64,000 nt of DNA, from assembly GCA_963422375.2 (NCBI GenBank), contig OY729427.2:352001-416000 (forward strand). The letters are read 5' to 3'. Positions 40,619 to 50,678 of the stretch are shown here, one piece after another. Both the position numbers and the translations under genes were made by a program. The notes under the pieces are model-generated. The model was not told where the DNA came from. It saw only the letters and a list, made by a program, of their open reading frames with translations, and ran no database searches. How positions within the stretch are numbered: the stretch's first letter is position 1; every line of letters begins with the position of its first letter. This DNA comes from Bryobacterales bacterium (GTDB taxonomy: Bacteria > Acidobacteriota > Terriglobia > Bryobacterales > UBA6623).

Positions 40619-41773
40619 TCAAGCTCTTCCCGCCAGTCCGATGACCCGGACGGCGCGTGGCTGCACCTTGAGACCGAATCGAGAGCAACGCTTGCCGGGA
40701 ATCCTCTCACGGGCGGAGATCAGGTACGGCCCGGCCCGCTTCCGCCCGAGCGCTTCGATCAGGCGCCTGTTGATGTGAGACTTCTGCGGATCGAAATTGC
40801 TCTTCGTCAGGCCGCTCCCCAAGCTCTTCACGGCGGCCTCGTAACGCCCGGAGTACGTGCTGACCACGCGGCCGTAATAGGAGAGGAACTCTCGGGCCGC
40901 GCCGGGCTCGGACCAGTGAGTGCCATGCTTGCCCGAGCGAGCTCTCTCCGCAAGCATCCAGTAGAACGCGAACTGCGACGGTCTCAGGCTGAACGCCTCG
41001 CCTCCAGCAGTGACGCGGCAGCGAGCGACATCAAGCATCAAAGCGACAGGCGGAAGCGAGAGTTGCGCTTCGGCAACAGCCTCGGAGAACGAGACCCGCC
41101 CGTCGAGCAGGCTGGCGGAGACTCCGTCGCGGAAGCGCACGAATGGTATGTCCGCTAGCGCAACACTAGCCCGATGCTTGTCCAGCGCGGTGTCGCTCTC
41201 CCCGTCAGCAGAGATCAGTTCCGGGGTTGGCGAGGGGTAGAAGAAGTCGGCGTGCGATTCGAATGGAGAGTCCACCAATACGTGCGACAGACGGTCCTGC
41301 GAACGCCCGTACAGGGACAGCGCGAAGCCCGCATAGAGCCCCATGGTCCTTCGTCCTCCTGCGATAGACACGTGAAGGGCACAATGCTCGTCCTTGGTAA
41401 GCGCTCGAACTTGATCGGTCAGGAAGTCGGCAACACTCGTATTGTCATCCACCGTTCTGATGTCGCCGAGCGGACGACCGACCGCATCCTCGAGCACGCG
41501 GATTCTCCCTAGGTCGAATTCAATCTCCGGCAAGGCGTAGTTGGCTCGCAAGCGGTGAAACCATCCGTCCGGCTTTGGGAGAAGCCTCCGCCTTGCCTCC
41601 GCAGCACCTTCCTCGCTCGTGACCAGTAGCACCTCAGTCGGCACCCAAGCGGGTCTGCTGTTCACGGCCAGCGCGTACAGGGTCTCTGTAACGACCTGCG
41701 GGGCGAGTCCCGTCACTGCCAGCAAGATGCGCCGGTCGTACCGGTGAGGGCTTCGGAGTGCGTCGTTCGTCAT
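40619..41773 (-). CDS. NE0113-family (TIGR02584) CARF protein, putative ring nuclease with C-terminal wHTH-like domain
   Basis: ILLAVTGLAPQVVTETLYAL, DIRT, LHVSIAGGRRTMG, QDRLSHVLV, FFYP, LADIPFVR; stop overlaps csx1 start (TGATG). Confidence 0.88.
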   Translation of the reverse strand: MTNDALRSPHRYDRRILLAVTGLAPQVVTETLYALAVNSRPAWVPTEVLLVTSEEGAAEARRRLLPKPDGWFHRLRANYALPEIEFDLGRIRVLEDAVGRPLGDIRTVDDNTSVADFLTDQVRALTKDEHCALHVSIAGGRRTMGLYAGFALSLYGRSQDRLSHVLVDSPFESHADFFYPSPTPELISADGESDTALDKHRASVALADIPFVRFRDGVSASLLDGRVSFSEAVAEAQLSLPPVALMLDVARCRVTAGGEAFSLRPSQFAFYWMLAERARSGKHGTHWSEPGAAREFLSYYGRVVSTYSGRYEAAVKSLGSGLTKSNFDPQKSHINRRLIEALGRKRAGPYLISARERIPGKRCSRFGLKVQPRAVRVIGLAGRA

Positions 41774-42160
41774 TCCAACCACGATTAGCACTCGTCTCCC
41801 GAAGTTCGCATACTTGGCGCGTCCGATGGCTAGTCTGGAACCTAGAGGCCGCTGGGAAGCAGGCCCGTTGAGTCTCCCGATGTCCCATCGCCCTCCGCTT
41901 CGAGGACCACGCCCTCCTGCCAAGGCCTCGATTCGGTTCCTGGCCGTTGGCGAGGCTCGCTTCGAGCGATCACCAAGCAGCGCAGGCGGATCTTCGAGGT
42001 CGTGGCCGCCGTGCTGCGCGTAGCACGCCGGGCCCGGCATCGAGCCGGAACAGTGTCACCGCGCCACCTCCAAGTGCATGCCGGAGCTCCGATCAAAACT
42101 CCCCGGAACACCGGCGCCTGGCTGCAGGCGCTACGTCGCTCGGAACATAGTCTCCGGCAC

Positions 42161-43693
42161 CTACAGGGCCGGTTCGGTTACCCCATACACCTTCCGCAGC
42201 CGCTTCAGCTCGGCCGTCAGCTCGGCCGTGACCTCTTCCAAGCCCCTCTGGCCGTAAACGCTCTGCGTCTCCTCGGGGTTCCGCTCCGTGTCGTAGAGCT
42301 CCCATTCGTCGCTCTCGTAGAACCGAATCAGCTTGTACCGCTCCGTGCGAACGCCCTCGTGCGCCGGCACGCCGTGGGCAGTCTGGCTCTCGTAGTAGTG
42401 GTAGTAGAACGACTTCCGCCAGTTGCGCGGCGTCTCGCCTTCTAGGATCGGCACCAAGCTGCGGCCGTGCATGTCCGGGGGGACGTCGACACCCGCAATC
42501 TCTAGGAACGTCTCGGCGTAGTCCAAGTTCGAGACTAGGTCCCTGTTGGTGGCCCCCTCGCGGACCACCCCGGGCCAGCGGACTACCAGCGGCGTACGCA
42601 GCGACTCGCGGTACATCCAGCGCTTGTCGAACCAGCCGTGCTCCCCCAAGTAGAAGCCCTGGTCCGAGCTATACACCACGACCGTGTTCTCGGCCAGACC
42701 GGTCTCGTCAAGATACTGGAGCAGGCGCCCGATGTTGTCGTCCACCGACGCGATGCAGCGCAGGTAGTCCTTGATGTACCGCTGGTATTTCCAGCGGATC
42801 AGATCCTTCCCCTGCAGGCCGGCGTCCTGGAAGGCCCTGTTCTTCGGGCCGTACACCGCATCCCAAACGGCCTTCTGGGCCGGATTCAGTCGCCCGTAGC
42901 TGTTCATCCATTGCCGCAGGACCCGGTCGTCCTGCGGGGTGCCCGGCGGAGGATTGATCTTCAGGTCGTGGGCGGATACCATGTGCCGACCGATTTCCAT
43001 GCGGTTCTTCGCAGCCGGCGAGGCCCTTCCCGCGTAGTCGTCGAACAGCGTGGGCGGCTCCCAGATGTGCTGGCCGTCGTAGAGCGTAAGGTGCTCCGGG
43101 CCGGGCATCCAGTTGCGATGGGGAGCCTTGTGCTGGCTCATCAGCAGGAATGGCTTGTCGGGATCGCGGCGGTTCTTGAGCCAGTCCAGCGACAGGTCGG
43201 TGATGATGTCGGTGGTGTAGCCTTCGTGCCGGCGGCGGCTGTCGTCCGGCCCGAGCCGCATGTCAGGGTTGTAGTAGGCCCCCTGCCCAGGCAGAACCTC
43301 CCACGCGTCGAAGCCCGTAGGGGCCGTCTTGAGGTGCCACTTGCCGAATATGGCCGTCTGGTAGCCGGCTCCCTGCAGCAGCTTCGTAAACGTCTGCTGC
43401 GAGCCGTCGAACCGCAGGCGGTTATCGAGCACGCCGTTGACGTGGCTGTACTTGCCGGTCAGGATGACCGCCCGGCTGGGCGCGCAAATCGAGTTCGTGA
43501 CCAGCGCGCGGTCGAAGCGCATGCCTTCCCGGGCGATGCGGTCGATGTTCGGCGTGTGGTTGATCATCGACCCGTACGCGCTGATCGCCTGGTAGGCGTG
43601 GTCGTCCGTGAAGACGAATAGGATGTTGGGCCGGGCCGCAGCCGCGGGGGGTACCCAGGCCAGCAGCAAGCCGGTCCAAGCTAGAAAGCGCAT
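42161..43693 (-). CDS. Secreted sulfatase
   Basis: Signal peptide, [38 protein letters not shown]. Confidence 0.95.
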   Translation of the reverse strand: MRFLAWTGLLLAWVPPAAAARPNILFVFTDDHAYQAISAYGSMINHTPNIDRIAREGMRFDRALVTNSICAPSRAVILTGKYSHVNGVLDNRLRFDGSQQTFTKLLQGAGYQTAIFGKWHLKTAPTGFDAWEVLPGQGAYYNPDMRLGPDDSRRRHEGYTTDIITDLSLDWLKNRRDPDKPFLLMSQHKAPHRNWMPGPEHLTLYDGQHIWEPPTLFDDYAGRASPAAKNRMEIGRHMVSAHDLKINPPPGTPQDDRVLRQWMNSYGRLNPAQKAVWDAVYGPKNRAFQDAGLQGKDLIRWKYQRYIKDYLRCIASVDDNIGRLLQYLDETGLAENTVVVYSSDQGFYLGEHGWFDKRWMYRESLRTPLVVRWPGVVREGATNRDLVSNLDYAETFLEIAGVDVPPDMHGRSLVPILEGETPRNWRKSFYYHYYESQTAHGVPAHEGVRTERYKLIRFYESDEWELYDTERNPEETQSVYGQRGLEEVTAELTAELKRLRKVYGVTEPAL

Positions 43694-43787
43694 GACGCAA
43701 TGCATTCTAGCGAACCGGGCGCACGGGATCGGAGAATGCGACCCTTGACCGGGTCGGCCGCCCCGGAATCCATACAATGGGCATGCA

Positions 43788-44477
43788 GTGGGCGGCGTGC
43801 TCATCGACGTGCGGGATCTTTCGTTCCGCTACCCGGAGGGGTCCGAGGCGCTGCGCGGCGTGAGCTTCGTCCTGCGACAGGGCGAGACCGTCGCCGTCCT
43901 CGGAGCCAACGGCTCCGGCAAGACCACGTTCCTGTATCACCTGCTCGGGCTGCTGCAGGGCGAGGGCTCGGTGGAGGTCTGCGGACTGCCGGTTCGCGGC
44001 TCCAAAATCGCCGCGATACGGCAGCGGGTCGGAATGCTGTTCCAAGACTCCGACGACCAGATCTTCATGCCTACGATCGAGGAGGACGTCGCATTCGGTC
44101 CGCTCAACATGGGACTGGACGCCGAGACCGTCCGCGACCGCGTCGACCGCTGCCTGGCCCGGGTCGGGCTCAACGGGCAGCGCGCCAAGCCGCCGCACCA
44201 GCTCAGCGCAGGGGAGCGACGGCGGGCGGCGCTGGCCGGGGTGCTGGCCATGGAGCCAGAAATCCTGCTGCTCGACGAGCCCGCGACGTTCCTCGATCCC
44301 CCGGCGAGGCAGGCGCTGGTCCGCACTGTCCGGTCACTGCCGCAGGCAAAGGTGCTGGTGACCCACGAAGTTTCTCTCGCCGAGGCTCTCGCCGAGCGGG
44401 CCGTGTTCTTCTCCGACGGCCGCATCGTCGCCGAAGGCGAGGTCGCGGAAATCGCCGACCGCTTCGACTGGCGCTAA
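43788..44477 (+). CDS. ECF-type (CbiO-like) ABC ATPase
   Basis: [41 protein letters not shown]. Confidence 0.88.
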   Translation: MGGVLIDVRDLSFRYPEGSEALRGVSFVLRQGETVAVLGANGSGKTTFLYHLLGLLQGEGSVEVCGLPVRGSKIAAIRQRVGMLFQDSDDQIFMPTIEEDVAFGPLNMGLDAETVRDRVDRCLARVGLNGQRAKPPHQLSAGERRRAALAGVLAMEPEILLLDEPATFLDPPARQALVRTVRSLPQAKVLVTHEVSLAEALAERAVFFSDGRIVAEGEVAEIADRFDWR

Positions 44478-44571
44478 CGCCGCCTGTCGCGAGCCCCCGT
44501 CCGCGATGCCAGAATAGGAGCGTCGAGCGACATGCCGCCGCGAGCGGGCCCGGACCCCGCGATTCTCCCGC

Positions 44572-45261
44572 ATGCTGTTGATCGTCGCGGCGTTCTCGCA
44601 GGAGCTGTCGGGCCTGCCCGGACTGGTCACGAGCGGCGCGCCCGGCGTGCGCTGGCAGGCCTCGGCGATGCTCCGCGGGGGCAGGGCGGTGCTCGCTGCG
44701 AACGGCGCGGGCCGCGCCGCGGCGGCCGTCGCGGTGCGCGCGATGCTCGAGAGATTCGAATGCCAGTCGGTGGTCTCGGCGGGCCACGCCGGCGCGCTCG
44801 ACCCGGCGCTGGAGATAGGCGACATCGTACTGGCCGAGTCCGTCCGGCACGTCTCCGGCGAATTCCCCGCCCTCCTGCCGACTCACTGCCCCGCTGCCGC
44901 CCGGCGAGGCACGCTGCTGACCGTCGACGAGGTCGTCGGCACGGCACGCGCAAAGCGCAGCCTAGCGCGCGCCGGCGCGTTGGCCGTGGACATGGAGGCG
45001 GCGGCAGTCGCCGCGGTCGCCGCGGAGCGCGGCCTCGGATTCTACTGCGTCCGCTCGATCAGCGACCGCGCCGGGACCGACCTGCCCGTGGACTTCAACC
45101 TCGCCCTGCGCGGCGACGGCACGCTGTCCCCTTGGAGCGTGACGCGGCAGGCCGGCTTGCGGGCGGGCGCGTGGGCCCGCCTGCTCGACCTGTGGCGCGA
45201 CGCGCACGACGCCTCGCGCTCGCTGGCCCGCTGCCTCGCGCGATGCGAGTTCCGCCCCTAG
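44572..45261 (+). CDS. hpnG: Nucleoside phosphorylase/MTA nucleosidase-like protein, probably hopanoid-associated
   Basis: SAGHAGAL, AVDMEAAAVA, VRSISD; shc and hpnH in the same window. Confidence 0.7.
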   Translation: MLLIVAAFSQELSGLPGLVTSGAPGVRWQASAMLRGGRAVLAANGAGRAAAAVAVRAMLERFECQSVVSAGHAGALDPALEIGDIVLAESVRHVSGEFPALLPTHCPAAARRGTLLTVDEVVGTARAKRSLARAGALAVDMEAAAVAAVAAERGLGFYCVRSISDRAGTDLPVDFNLALRGDGTLSPWSVTRQAGLRAGAWARLLDLWRDAHDASRSLARCLARCEFRP

Positions 45262-45262
45262 C

Positions 45263-46348
45263 ATGACCAGCGCACCGATTCCCGCCACGATGCGGGCCGC
45301 CGTGTACCAAGGCAATGGGACGGTGACGGCCCAGACCGTCGCTGTGCCTCGGATCGGCCCCGGCGAGCTGCTCGTCCGGGTGCAGTGCTGCGGCATCTGC
45401 CACACCGATCTCAAGAAGATCGAGCACGACCTCCTGCCGCCTCCGCGGATCTACGGGCACGAGACCGCAGGCGTCGTGGCCGCGGTCGGCGACGGCGCGG
45501 AGGGGTTCCGCGTCGGCGACCGCGTCTGCATCTTCCACCACATACCCTGCTTCGACTGCCACTATTGCCGCTTCCGCGACTACGCCCAGTGCGCCACGTA
45601 CAAGAGGATCGGCGTCACCGCCGGGTTCGAGCCGGCGGGCGGCGGCTTCGCCCAGTACGTGCGCGTCATGGACTGGATCGCGCGCCGGGGCGTGGAAAGG
45701 ATCCCGCCCCACGCGACTTTCGAGCGGGCCACCTTCGTGGAGCCCGTCAACACGTGCCTCAAAGGCATCGCGAAGTGCGCCCCGCACCCCGACGAGAGCG
45801 TCCTGGTGATGGGGCAGGGCCCGATCGGCCAGCTGTTCACGGCGCTCCTGCGCCGCCAAGGGCTGACCAGCGTTTACGCGACGGACCGGCTCGAAGACCG
45901 GCTCGAGCTGTCGCGGCGCCTCGGCGCGGCCGATGCCTGGCATGCCGCCGATGCCGAGTCGCGTCTGCGCCGCGCTAACGAGGGCCGCGGCGCAGACGTG
46001 GTCATCGTCGCCGCCTCCGCCCCGGGCATCGTAGAGCAGGCCGTGCGCCTGAGCCGCAGGGGCGGGCGCGTGATGCTCTTCGCCCAGACCTCGGCCGCGG
46101 AGCACTTCACACTCGATGGCGGCAGCGTCTGCGCCGGGGACCGCTCGGTGTTCGGATCCTACAGCGCGTGCGCGGACCTGCAGCGGGCCGCCGCCGAGAC
46201 GGTATGGGATCCCGCCTTCCCCGCGGAGGTCTTGGTGTCGCACCGGTTCGGCCTCGACGAGTTCGGGATCGGCGCGGACCTAGCCCGGAGGCCGGCGGCC
46301 GGCGCGCTCAAGCTGGTGGTCCGGCCGCAGGACTCGAGGTGCGCTTGA
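45263..46348 (+). CDS. Zinc-dependent dehydrogenase (MDR family)
   Basis: CGICHTD, GHETAG, CFDCHYC, GQGPIG. Confidence 0.9.
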   Translation: MTSAPIPATMRAAVYQGNGTVTAQTVAVPRIGPGELLVRVQCCGICHTDLKKIEHDLLPPPRIYGHETAGVVAAVGDGAEGFRVGDRVCIFHHIPCFDCHYCRFRDYAQCATYKRIGVTAGFEPAGGGFAQYVRVMDWIARRGVERIPPHATFERATFVEPVNTCLKGIAKCAPHPDESVLVMGQGPIGQLFTALLRRQGLTSVYATDRLEDRLELSRRLGAADAWHAADAESRLRRANEGRGADVVIVAASAPGIVEQAVRLSRRGGRVMLFAQTSAAEHFTLDGGSVCAGDRSVFGSYSACADLQRAAAETVWDPAFPAEVLVSHRFGLDEFGIGADLARRPAAGALKLVVRPQDSRCA

Positions 46349-46356
46349 AGGGGGCC

Positions 46357-47394
46357 ATGCTCGCGGGTGTCCTCCACGGCAAGGAGGACCTGCGCCTGGA
46401 ACGGATTCCCGTCCCTTCCATCGGGCCCGCCGACCTGCTGGTGCGCGTGCGCGCAGCACTGACCTGCGGGACGGACCTGAAGGTCTTCCGCCGGGGCCAC
46501 CACGCCAAGATGATCACCCTGCCCGCGCCCCTCGGCCACGAGTTGGCCGGGGACGTCGCGGAGGCCGGCCCGGACGTCGCGGGATTCCGGCCCGGCGACC
46601 GCGTCGTGGCCGCGAACTCCGCTCCGTGCCGCCGGTGCTTCTTCTGCCGACGCGATCACGAGAACCTCTGCAAGAACCTGCTGTTCGTCAACGGCGCGTA
46701 CGCCGAGTTCATCAGGATTCCCGGCCGAGTGGTGGAGCGCAACACCTACCGCATCCCGGATCACGTCGACTACCGCGAGGCCGCGCTGTCCGAGCCGCTC
46801 GCGTGCGTGCTCAAGGGCATGGACGAGACCGGGGCGGGCCCCGGCGACACTGTCACGGTCATCGGGCTGGGGGCGATCGGCCTGATGTTCGTGCGCGTCG
46901 CTAGGATCCGCGGGGCGCGCGTCATCGCGGTGGGACGCCGCAATGAGCAGCTGGATCGGGCGGAGCGCCTCGGGGCGGAGGTGCTGATCGAGTCGCGCCG
47001 GGGCGGCGACCCGTCGGCCGAGGTGCGCCGGCACACGGAGGGCGGCCTCGGCTCGGACTTCGTCGTCGAGGCCGTCGGCTCCCCGCACGCCTGGCGCCAA
47101 GCCGTCTCGATCTGCCGCACCGGCGGCACGGTGAATTTTTTCGGGGGCTGCCCCAAGGACACCGTCGTCTGCTTCGACACGGGCCGGATCCACTACTCAT
47201 CCCTGACCCTGCGGGCGACGTTCCACCACACGCCCAGGCACGTGCGCCGGGCGTTGGAGCTGGTCTCCGACGGCGACGTGCAGCCGGGCGATTTCATCGC
47301 CGCCGAGTCCCCGCTGCAGAAGATCGTCGCGGTGTTCCGGCGCATGGCGGCACAGTCCGGAGGCCTCAAGACAGCCGTCCTGCCCCCCGCGTGA
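46357..47394 (+). CDS. Zinc-dependent dehydrogenase (MDR family)
   Basis: TCGTD, GHELAG, CRRCFFC...C, GLGAIG; alternative TTG start at 46345. Confidence 0.9.
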   Translation: MLAGVLHGKEDLRLERIPVPSIGPADLLVRVRAALTCGTDLKVFRRGHHAKMITLPAPLGHELAGDVAEAGPDVAGFRPGDRVVAANSAPCRRCFFCRRDHENLCKNLLFVNGAYAEFIRIPGRVVERNTYRIPDHVDYREAALSEPLACVLKGMDETGAGPGDTVTVIGLGAIGLMFVRVARIRGARVIAVGRRNEQLDRAERLGAEVLIESRRGGDPSAEVRRHTEGGLGSDFVVEAVGSPHAWRQAVSICRTGGTVNFFGGCPKDTVVCFDTGRIHYSSLTLRATFHHTPRHVRRALELVSDGDVQPGDFIAAESPLQKIVAVFRRMAAQSGGLKTAVLPPA

Positions 47395-47447
47395 AGCGCC
47401 CCGGACCCGCCTCGGAGGGCGGGCCGCGGAAGCCGCTGGAAGACTTA

Positions 47448-47704
47448 CTGAGAGGCGCAAAAGTCTTTTCCCAAGATACGGGCCATACTCAGTCGACTTC
47501 CGATTCAGGCTGTCATCATAGCAGCCCAGAGATAGAGTCTTGAATTCTCGAACTTAGGCCTGCATATTGTGATATACCGTAACTATCTACACAGTATATT
47601 GCGTACTCGAATTTGGAAGGCCTCCTTCTTAGCAGACTGCTTGGGAACCCAGTTGCCAGTACATTCTGGCCTGGCCGATCCGAAAAGACTTTTGCGCCCC
47701 TCAG
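47448..47704. mobile_element. 257-bp AT-rich MITE-like element
   Basis: 23-bp inverted ends CTGAGAGGCGCAAAAGTCTTTTC / CTGAGGGGCGCAAAAGTCTTTTC (1 mismatch), flanked by TA on both sides; non-coding low-GC interior. Confidence 0.8.
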
Positions 47705-47896
47705 TAGTACACTAGTCGGGCTTGGGTGCCGGAGAGGCAGTGCCCATGTCGGGACTGCCGCGTCGCCGGGCGCGGAGCCGCCCCTCGCGTCGCCAAGCGG
47801 GCCGCTCGGATGGCCGCGCTGGGTGGACGGGTGCGCTCGCCTGATCCTCCGGCGGTGGTTCGGAGACCCCGGGTCGTTGGCGAGCGGGAGGTGAGA

Positions 47897-49078
47897 GTGA
47901 GACACACACCAGACGCCACGGGGGCACGCGCGCATCGAATCCTCGTAGTGGACGACGAGCCCGACGTAGAGCGGCTCGTGAGGCAGCGCATGCGCCGGGA
48001 CGTGCGCGCCGGCAAGTACGTCTTGGAATTCGCTCAGAACGGGCTGGAGGCGCTGGACCGCCTGAGGGAAGGCCGCCAATTCGACATGGTGCTGTCGGAC
48101 ATCAACATGCCCCGCATGGACGGGCTAACCCTGCTGTCGCAAATCCCCAGCGTCGACCCGGACGTGCGGGCCGTCATCGTGTCCGCCTACGGCGACATGA
48201 AGAACATCCGCACTGCCATGAACCGCGGCGCGTTCGACTTCGTGACCAAGCCGATCGACTTCGACGACCTGCGGATCACGATCGATCGCACGATCACGAA
48301 CCTACAGCAGTGGCGCGAGGCGCTCGCCTCGCGCGACAGGCTCGTGGTGCTCGAGAACGAGCTCTCGCTCGCCCGCCGGATGCAGGAATCGATCCTGCCC
48401 AAGGACTTTGGCGACCGCCCGGGCTACTCCCTGTTCGCCGATATGCAGCCGGCGCGGGCGGTCGGCGGGGACTTCTACGACGTCGTGCGGCTGCCGAACG
48501 AGCGCACGGCGATCGCCATCGCGGACGTATCCGGCAAGGGCGTCCCGGCCGCGCTGTTCATGATGTCCAGCCGCATCCAGCTCAGGGCCGCGGCGCTGGG
48601 CCGCACCGACCCCGGCGCGGTGCTCGACGAGACGAACAACCTGCTCAACGAAGACAATGCAGCGTTGATGTTCGTCACGGTCCTGTTCGCCATCTTCGAT
48701 CCCGAGATGGGCGAGCTGACCTACGCCTGCGGCGGGCACGACGCGCCGCTCGTGGTACATCCCGACGGCAGCGCGCACTACGCGCCCCGGGCCAACGGCA
48801 TCGCCCTCGGCGTGTCTCCGAACGCCGGCTACGACCTTCGGAAGATTGTGCTGCAACCGGGCGAAACCGCGGTCCTGTTCACGGACGGAGTCACCGAGGC
48901 ACGGAACGAAAGCGGGGAGATGTTCGGCCTGCCGCGGCTGAAGACTGTATTCGAGGGAGCGCCTCCTGCAGGAGCGAAGGAGGCAACCGCCCAATTGTTC
49001 CGGCGCGTGCGGGAATTCGCGGGCGACGTCGAGCAGTTCGACGACATCACGGTGGTCGCGCTCCAGCGAAACGGTTGA
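47897..49078 (+). CDS. Response-regulator receiver fused to PP2C/SpoIIE phosphatase (RsbU/RsbP-like)
   Basis: ILVVDDE, SDINMP, FVTKP; VGGDFYD, IADVSGKG, FTDGVTEA, DDIT. Confidence 0.93.
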   Translation: MRHTPDATGARAHRILVVDDEPDVERLVRQRMRRDVRAGKYVLEFAQNGLEALDRLREGRQFDMVLSDINMPRMDGLTLLSQIPSVDPDVRAVIVSAYGDMKNIRTAMNRGAFDFVTKPIDFDDLRITIDRTITNLQQWREALASRDRLVVLENELSLARRMQESILPKDFGDRPGYSLFADMQPARAVGGDFYDVVRLPNERTAIAIADVSGKGVPAALFMMSSRIQLRAAALGRTDPGAVLDETNNLLNEDNAALMFVTVLFAIFDPEMGELTYACGGHDAPLVVHPDGSAHYAPRANGIALGVSPNAGYDLRKIVLQPGETAVLFTDGVTEARNESGEMFGLPRLKTVFEGAPPAGAKEATAQLFRRVREFAGDVEQFDDITVVALQRNG

Positions 49079-49083
49079 CGGAT

Positions 49084-49503
49084 GTGAACGGAAGCCTGCA
49101 CCTGAACCTCGAAAGCCAGCGGACCTCGCTATCCCAGTTGCAGGAGGAGGTGGAGCGGTTCGGCACGGCCCAGGACTGGCCTTACCCCGTGCTGTTCCAG
49201 ATCCAGCTGGTACTCGAGGAGCTGGCCTGCAACGTCATCGACCACGGCTACGGTGAGGCCGGGCACGAGTTCCAGATTTCCATCTCCTCGACCCCGAACG
49301 ACATAATCGTCCAGGTCACCGACGGCGCCAAGCCCTACAACCCGCTCGAAGACACTCCCGAGGCCGATGTCGAGTCAGCGCTGGAAGACCGAGCCGTTGG
49401 AGGGATGGGCGTGCATCTCGTTCGAGAGATGGCGGACGAGCTGCACTACAGCCGCGATAACGGCAGGAATCGCTTGCGCTTCGTCAAGCGGAGGAGCGAA
49501 TGA
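49084..49503 (+). CDS. Anti-sigma factor/serine kinase (RsbW-like HATPase)
   Basis: LEELACNVIDHGY, DGAKPYNP, GGMGVHLV. Confidence 0.88.
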   Translation: MNGSLHLNLESQRTSLSQLQEEVERFGTAQDWPYPVLFQIQLVLEELACNVIDHGYGEAGHEFQISISSTPNDIIVQVTDGAKPYNPLEDTPEADVESALEDRAVGGMGVHLVREMADELHYSRDNGRNRLRFVKRRSE

Positions 49504-50678
49504 GAGCGTGGGCCGGGCTTGGGGCCGTTCTGGCAGCTTTCTGCCTCGCCTTGCCCGAGGCGGCGCCCGGCCAGGAATACGGCGTAGACCAGGACAGGGT
49601 GCTCTTCGGCCAGTCCGCCGCCTTCGAGGGCCCGGCCGGGGATCTCGGCACGTCCTTTCGCGCCGGCATCCTGGCCGCGTTCGGGGAAGCCAATGCCCGC
49701 GACGGCGTGTACGGCCGCAAGCTCGAGCTGCTGTCGCTTGACGACCGCTACGAGCCCGAGCTGACGGTCGTCAATACTCGGACGCTGATCGAAGACGAGC
49801 AAGTCTTCGCCCTGATCGGAGGAGTGGGCACGCCGACCAGCCGGGCCGCTGCCCCGATCACCGCCGAGAAGGCGGTGCCCTTCATCGCACCGTACACAGG
49901 AGCCGAATTCCTGCGGGACGCCGGATTCGGCAATGTCGTGAACCTGCGTGCGTCCTACTTCCAGGAAACCGACACTCTTGTCGGCCATTTGATCGACGAC
50001 CTTGGCACCCGCCGGATCGCGGTGCTGCACCAGAGCGACTCCTACGGGCTGGCCGGCCTCGCGGGGGTCGAGCTCGCACTCGAGGACCGCGATCTGGAGC
50101 CGGTCGGCATCAGCACCTACGCCCGCAACTCCATCGCGGTGAAGACCGCCGTGCTCGAATTGAGGGCGTCGGACGCGGGAGCGGTGATCCTGATCGGCGC
50201 GTACAAGCCGGTCGCGGCGGCGATTGCGTGGTCGCGCCACATCGGATTCGATCCCGTTTTCGCCACGATCTCCTTCTCCGGCGGGAACTCCCTCGCGGCG
50301 GAGCTGCGCGACCTCGGGCAGGGTGGCGTCTACGTCTCGCAGGTCGTCCCCTTCCCTAACGGCGAAGAGCAGATCGCGCGACGGTACCGGCGCGCACTGG
50401 CGGCGCACGCCAGCGGCGCCAAGCCCGACTTCGTCTCGTTCGAAGGCTATCTCGCCGGGTGCATGGCCGTTGTCGGCTTGGAGCGGGCCGGCAGCGGGGC
50501 CGGCAGGTCCCGGTTCCTGGACGGGATTCTCAAGGCCGACCCGATCTACCTCGGGGAGTTCACCCTGAGGTTCCGCCTCGGCGAAAACCAAGGCTCCGAC
50601 CGGGTCTACCTGACGTTGATCGGGCCGGACGGCACGTACAGTCCGATCGAGAGCATGAGTCCCGCCCAGCTGCAATGA
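49500..50678 (+). CDS. Type I periplasmic binding protein (LivJ/ANF-receptor-like)
   Basis: Signal peptide, FGQSAAFEGP, LDDRYEP, GVGTPT, NLRASY, SQVVPFP, FEGY. Confidence 0.88.
   Translation: MRAWAGLGAVLAAFCLALPEAAPGQEYGVDQDRVLFGQSAAFEGPAGDLGTSFRAGILAAFGEANARDGVYGRKLELLSLDDRYEPELTVVNTRTLIEDEQVFALIGGVGTPTSRAAAPITAEKAVPFIAPYTGAEFLRDAGFGNVVNLRASYFQETDTLVGHLIDDLGTRRIAVLHQSDSYGLAGLAGVELALEDRDLEPVGISTYARNSIAVKTAVLELRASDAGAVILIGAYKPVAAAIAWSRHIGFDPVFATISFSGGNSLAAELRDLGQGGVYVSQVVPFPNGEEQIARRYRRALAAHASGAKPDFVSFEGYLAGCMAVVGLERAGSGAGRSRFLDGILKADPIYLGEFTLRFRLGENQGSDRVYLTLIGPDGTYSPIESMSPAQLQ

Larger units (their letters stand above)
37251..40619 (-). pseudogene. csx1: CRISPR-associated CARF-HEPN RNase Csx1 (TIGR02221/TM1812-like), disrupted
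   Basis: Reconstructed: MGRHTLVRFLGK...GYL[MITE]VARFRF...KP*LVVILGT...EVAHGF[frameshift]RYFGM...YGALD...ERLF*...LRSALVHG...LRRA[IS1380]LAVLLNR*. Confidence 0.85.

Noticed and set aside
40460..47605. NrdR-box-like strings in both MITEs (ACACAACATATATGG on the minus strand near 40470; ACACAGTATATTGCG near 47590)
   Set aside because: Short, degenerate, in AT-rich DNA and no nrd genes nearby; needs a matrix scan
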